DNA from: a virus
DNA length: 64,000 bases
IMG/VR virus record: IMGVR_UViG_3300046512_000168
Coordinates: 1-64,000 of that record
Strand: one strand, 5' to 3'
Positions within the stretch are counted from its first letter, which is position 1. The number at the start of each line of letters is the position of its first letter. Positions 61,993 to 64,000 of this stretch are shown here, in pieces. The position numbers were made by a program, and so were the translations under genes. The notes beneath the pieces are model-generated. The model ran no database searches. It was given only the letters and a program-made list of their open reading frames with translations, and was not told where the DNA came from.

Positions 61993-62078
61993 GGTGACGA
62001 GTCCGGCAATGCCCCGCCCAGATTGGTCACCTCCCTAGACGCCCTCGACGCTGCCCTCGTCGGGGGCGTTTTCATTTT
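61993..62078 (+). ncRNA. Candidate small RNA with exposed CACCUCCC and terminator
   Basis: TTGCAA-N17-TAGACA upstream; ggtgac/gtcacc stem, cctccc, then acgccctcgacg/cgtcgggggcgt stem with T tract. Confidence 0.35.
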
Positions 62079-62156
62079 AGATTTTGCAACGCGTTGCAAT
62101 TTCCTCGCTGGACGCCGATTGACGCAGGCTACATTTCTAGCGTATTTAATCCAGCC

Positions 62157-62738
62157 ATGAGCAAGACGCCGAAGACATCGCTGACGAAGATCGTACGGTC
62201 GGATGACGACCGGCAGATCATCTATGGCGAAGTCTACGCTCCCAACCGGCTCGACACCTACGGCGAGATGATGGTCGCCGAAGACATCGAGCTGATGGCT
62301 CACCGCTTCATGCGGCTGGACCTGACGAAGTCCATCGACGTGAAGCACGACAACAAGCCGATCGAGGCTTACCCGGTCGAAAGTTTCATCGCTCGCGAGG
62401 GCGATCCGGATTACACCGCTGGCGCCTGGGTCATGGGCGTGAAGGTCGAAGACGCCGAGGTCTGGTCTGACATCAAGGCCGGCAACCTAAATGGCTTCTC
62501 CTTTCAGGCCATGGTCACCCCCGTCCAGCGCACGGTCGAGATCGAGGTCGTTCGCGACCAGGTCGGCAAGACCGAGCAGAATGACGATCACGAGCACTAC
62601 TATTTTGTGCAGCTCGACGAGAACGGCAAAGTGGTCAAAGGCAGAACCTCCAAGGCTGCTGACGGTCACTGGCATGAAATCAAGCGCGGCAGTGTGACCG
62701 AGAAGACGGACAGTCACAATCACCGCTTTTTTGTTTGA
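62157..62738 (+). CDS. XkdF-like prohead serine protease with His-rich C-terminal repeats
   Basis: IIYGEVYAP..DTYGE..IDVKH..VESFI..GAWV..W..IK.G.LNGFS; DHEH/GHWH/SHNH tail. Confidence 0.85.
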   Translation: MSKTPKTSLTKIVRSDDDRQIIYGEVYAPNRLDTYGEMMVAEDIELMAHRFMRLDLTKSIDVKHDNKPIEAYPVESFIAREGDPDYTAGAWVMGVKVEDAEVWSDIKAGNLNGFSFQAMVTPVQRTVEIEVVRDQVGKTEQNDDHEHYYFVQLDENGKVVKGRTSKAADGHWHEIKRGSVTEKTDSHNHRFFV

Positions 62739-62749
62739 GGACTGCACAT

Positions 62750-64000
62750 ATGAAGCGCGAAGCATCGAAGATCGTCAAAAAGGTCACCCTGCTCACCGAC
62801 CCTGAACCGCAGTTCAATTCCATCGTGAGGGCGGGCGCAAACGGCACGCCTCTCCGTGTCATCAAATCCGATGAACTCACTCAGGAGGCCGAGATGCCCA
62901 AGAACCTCAAGAACGGCACTGCCGATATTGCCAAGCTCACCTTCAAGGGTGACAACTTCAAGACCGAAGAGCAGGTCCAGGCCTGGCTCGATGCCGGCAA
63001 GTATGTCGAGACCACGATCAAGGCCGAGGATGACGGCTCCTTCACGGTCGAAGGCAATACCGAACTCGCCAATGTCCAGGAGATCGAAGTCGAAGACGGC
63101 GTCACCTCCTTCGTCGGCGAACTCGCCGAAAAGGCCAGCGAAACAAACGACACGCCGAACGCCGACGTGGTCGCGATCGAGGGTAAGAAGACGGAAGCAC
63201 CGACGACTGGCGCACAGAAGAGCGACGAAGAGCTGCGCGTCAAGGCCGAGGAAAAGGTCCGCACCGAAGCCGGCCTGTCCGAAGCTGACTGGGCCTCGCT
63301 GAACCAGTCCACGCGCGACAAGTTCACCGCCCCTGTCCTCGCCACCATGAAGGCTGAAGCCGGTACGCCGGAATTGCAACCCGTTGCAACGGATGCCACG
63401 GTCGAGGCTCCCGTGGTCACGGGCGAAGAGCCGGTCAAGCCGTCCGACGAAGTGCCGGAGCTGCTTGCCAAGTCCGAAGACGGCATCGTTTCCGTCCTCA
63501 CCAAGAAGGACTGCTACGACATCACCGAGATGGCTTCGATCATCCGCTCGCTGGCATGGCTGAAGGACAGCCTGGCTTACGACGCCTTCCAGGGCGGCGG
63601 CCTGTCTGCGGATGCGATTGCTTCCATGAAGACAGCGATCCAGACCCTCGGAAATATCCTCATTCAGATGGCATCCAACCACGTCGAGCTCGCCGTTAAG
63701 TCGGACGAAGCTCCGGTTGTCGATGCCACTGTCCCTGCTGCTGGGGAAACCCAGGAGAACGAAGTCAAGGCAGCTACAGCAGCCGAGACTAAGACCACTG
63801 CCAAGGAAGCGAGCAATTCGGACACGGTCGCTGACCCCGTTCTCGCCGCCCTCACTGCCCTGACTGCGAAGTTGGACGGCATGGAGACGGCGCTGAAGGA
63901 TGCCAACGAACGTGCAGAGCAGAGCGCAAAGAAGGCAGACACGCTGGCACAACGTCTGGAAAAGGTTGAAAGCACCTCCCAGACGCGCAAAAGCGCAGAT
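62750..64000 (+). CDS. Acidic probable capsid scaffold/assembly protein (3' truncated)
   Basis: ATG 62750 after GAGG; MKREASKIVKK..SIVRAGANGTPLRVIK; open to window end; follows the protease. Confidence 0.65.
   Translation, partial: MKREASKIVKKVTLLTDPEPQFNSIVRAGANGTPLRVIKSDELTQEAEMPKNLKNGTADIAKLTFKGDNFKTEEQVQAWLDAGKYVETTIKAEDDGSFTVEGNTELANVQEIEVEDGVTSFVGELAEKASETNDTPNADVVAIEGKKTEAPTTGAQKSDEELRVKAEEKVRTEAGLSEADWASLNQSTRDKFTAPVLATMKAEAGTPELQPVATDATVEAPVVTGEEPVKPSDEVPELLAKSEDGIVSVLTKKDCYDITEMASIIRSLAWLKDSLAYDAFQGGGLSADAIASMKTAIQTLGNILIQMASNHVELAVKSDEAPVVDATVPAAGETQENEVKAATAAETKTTAKEASNSDTVADPVLAALTALTAKLDGMETALKDANERAEQSAKKADTLAQRLEKVESTSQTRKSAD

Larger units (their letters stand above)
1581..63388. 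repeat. Dispersed 14-bp palindrome TGCAAC-NN-GTTGCA; perfect copies start at 1581, 4917, 6520, 9084, 12883, 13719, 15532, 16912, 17578, 18198, 18555, 20561, 21785, 23507, 23902, 25357, 26618, 27753, 28991, 30755, 32428, 34873, 38769, 41648, 45073, 46334, 47490, 49234, 54134, 56448, 58278, 62085, 63375
   Basis: Read directly; one-mismatch variants at 3347, 14263, 16547, 34050, 37569, 45476, 52714, 54417, 56055, 56939. Confidence 0.95.

Noticed and set aside
1581-63388. Palindromic repeats as a CRISPR array or transposon ends
   Set aside because: Copies are 14 bp and hundreds to thousands of bases apart, with no spacer periodicity, cas genes, transposase or target duplications.
1581-63388. Calling the palindrome a canonical parS
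   Set aside because: Half-sites resemble parS (GTTTCA/TGAAAC) but are in the opposite order, and the ParB-like proteins here are N-domain types with no evident parS-binding HTH; kept only as a hypothesis.
1-64000. tRNA/rRNA genes, integrase, host chromosomal genes
   Set aside because: No cloverleaf or T-loop signature seen in intergenic gaps by eye and no recombinase motifs; tRNAscan-SE/Aragorn would be needed to exclude tRNAs formally.

Overview
A 64-kb segment of a large, GC-rich dsDNA tailed phage. The host is probably an alphaproteobacterium (inferred from a CtrA-type box, Rhizobiales-like small proteins and RpoD-type promoters). Almost every gene is on the + strand. Order: end of a class II ribonucleotide reductase, a free-standing HNH endonuclease and a glutaredoxin; an AsnB-like amidoligase / SET / SpeD operon; a ParB-like + ParB-methyltransferase + CmoA-like + terminase operon; about 45 kb of small accessory genes (including a phosphatase, dUTPase, SGNH-esterase virion protein, RlpA, PhoH and ThyX) driven by a conserved promoter family; then portal, head morphogenesis, prohead protease and an open scaffold-like ORF. 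Unexplained structure found by hand: (1) about 16 unrelated proteins end in a shared R-[AK]-[IL]-[DQ]-L peptide, and a second [IV]R[KR]R[VT]R tag sits at the termini of accessory proteins, terminase and portal; (2) the palindrome TGCAAC-NN-GTTGCA occurs at least 33 times perfectly (about 43 with one-mismatch variants), inside and between genes, never more than about 4 kb apart; (3) a probable carboxy-SAM-dependent DNA hypermodification pathway lacking the usual C5-cytosine transferase; (4) a second operator-like box in promoter spacers and two anti-Shine-Dalgarno sRNA candidates. All family calls come from motif recognition, not database searches. Counts are manual.
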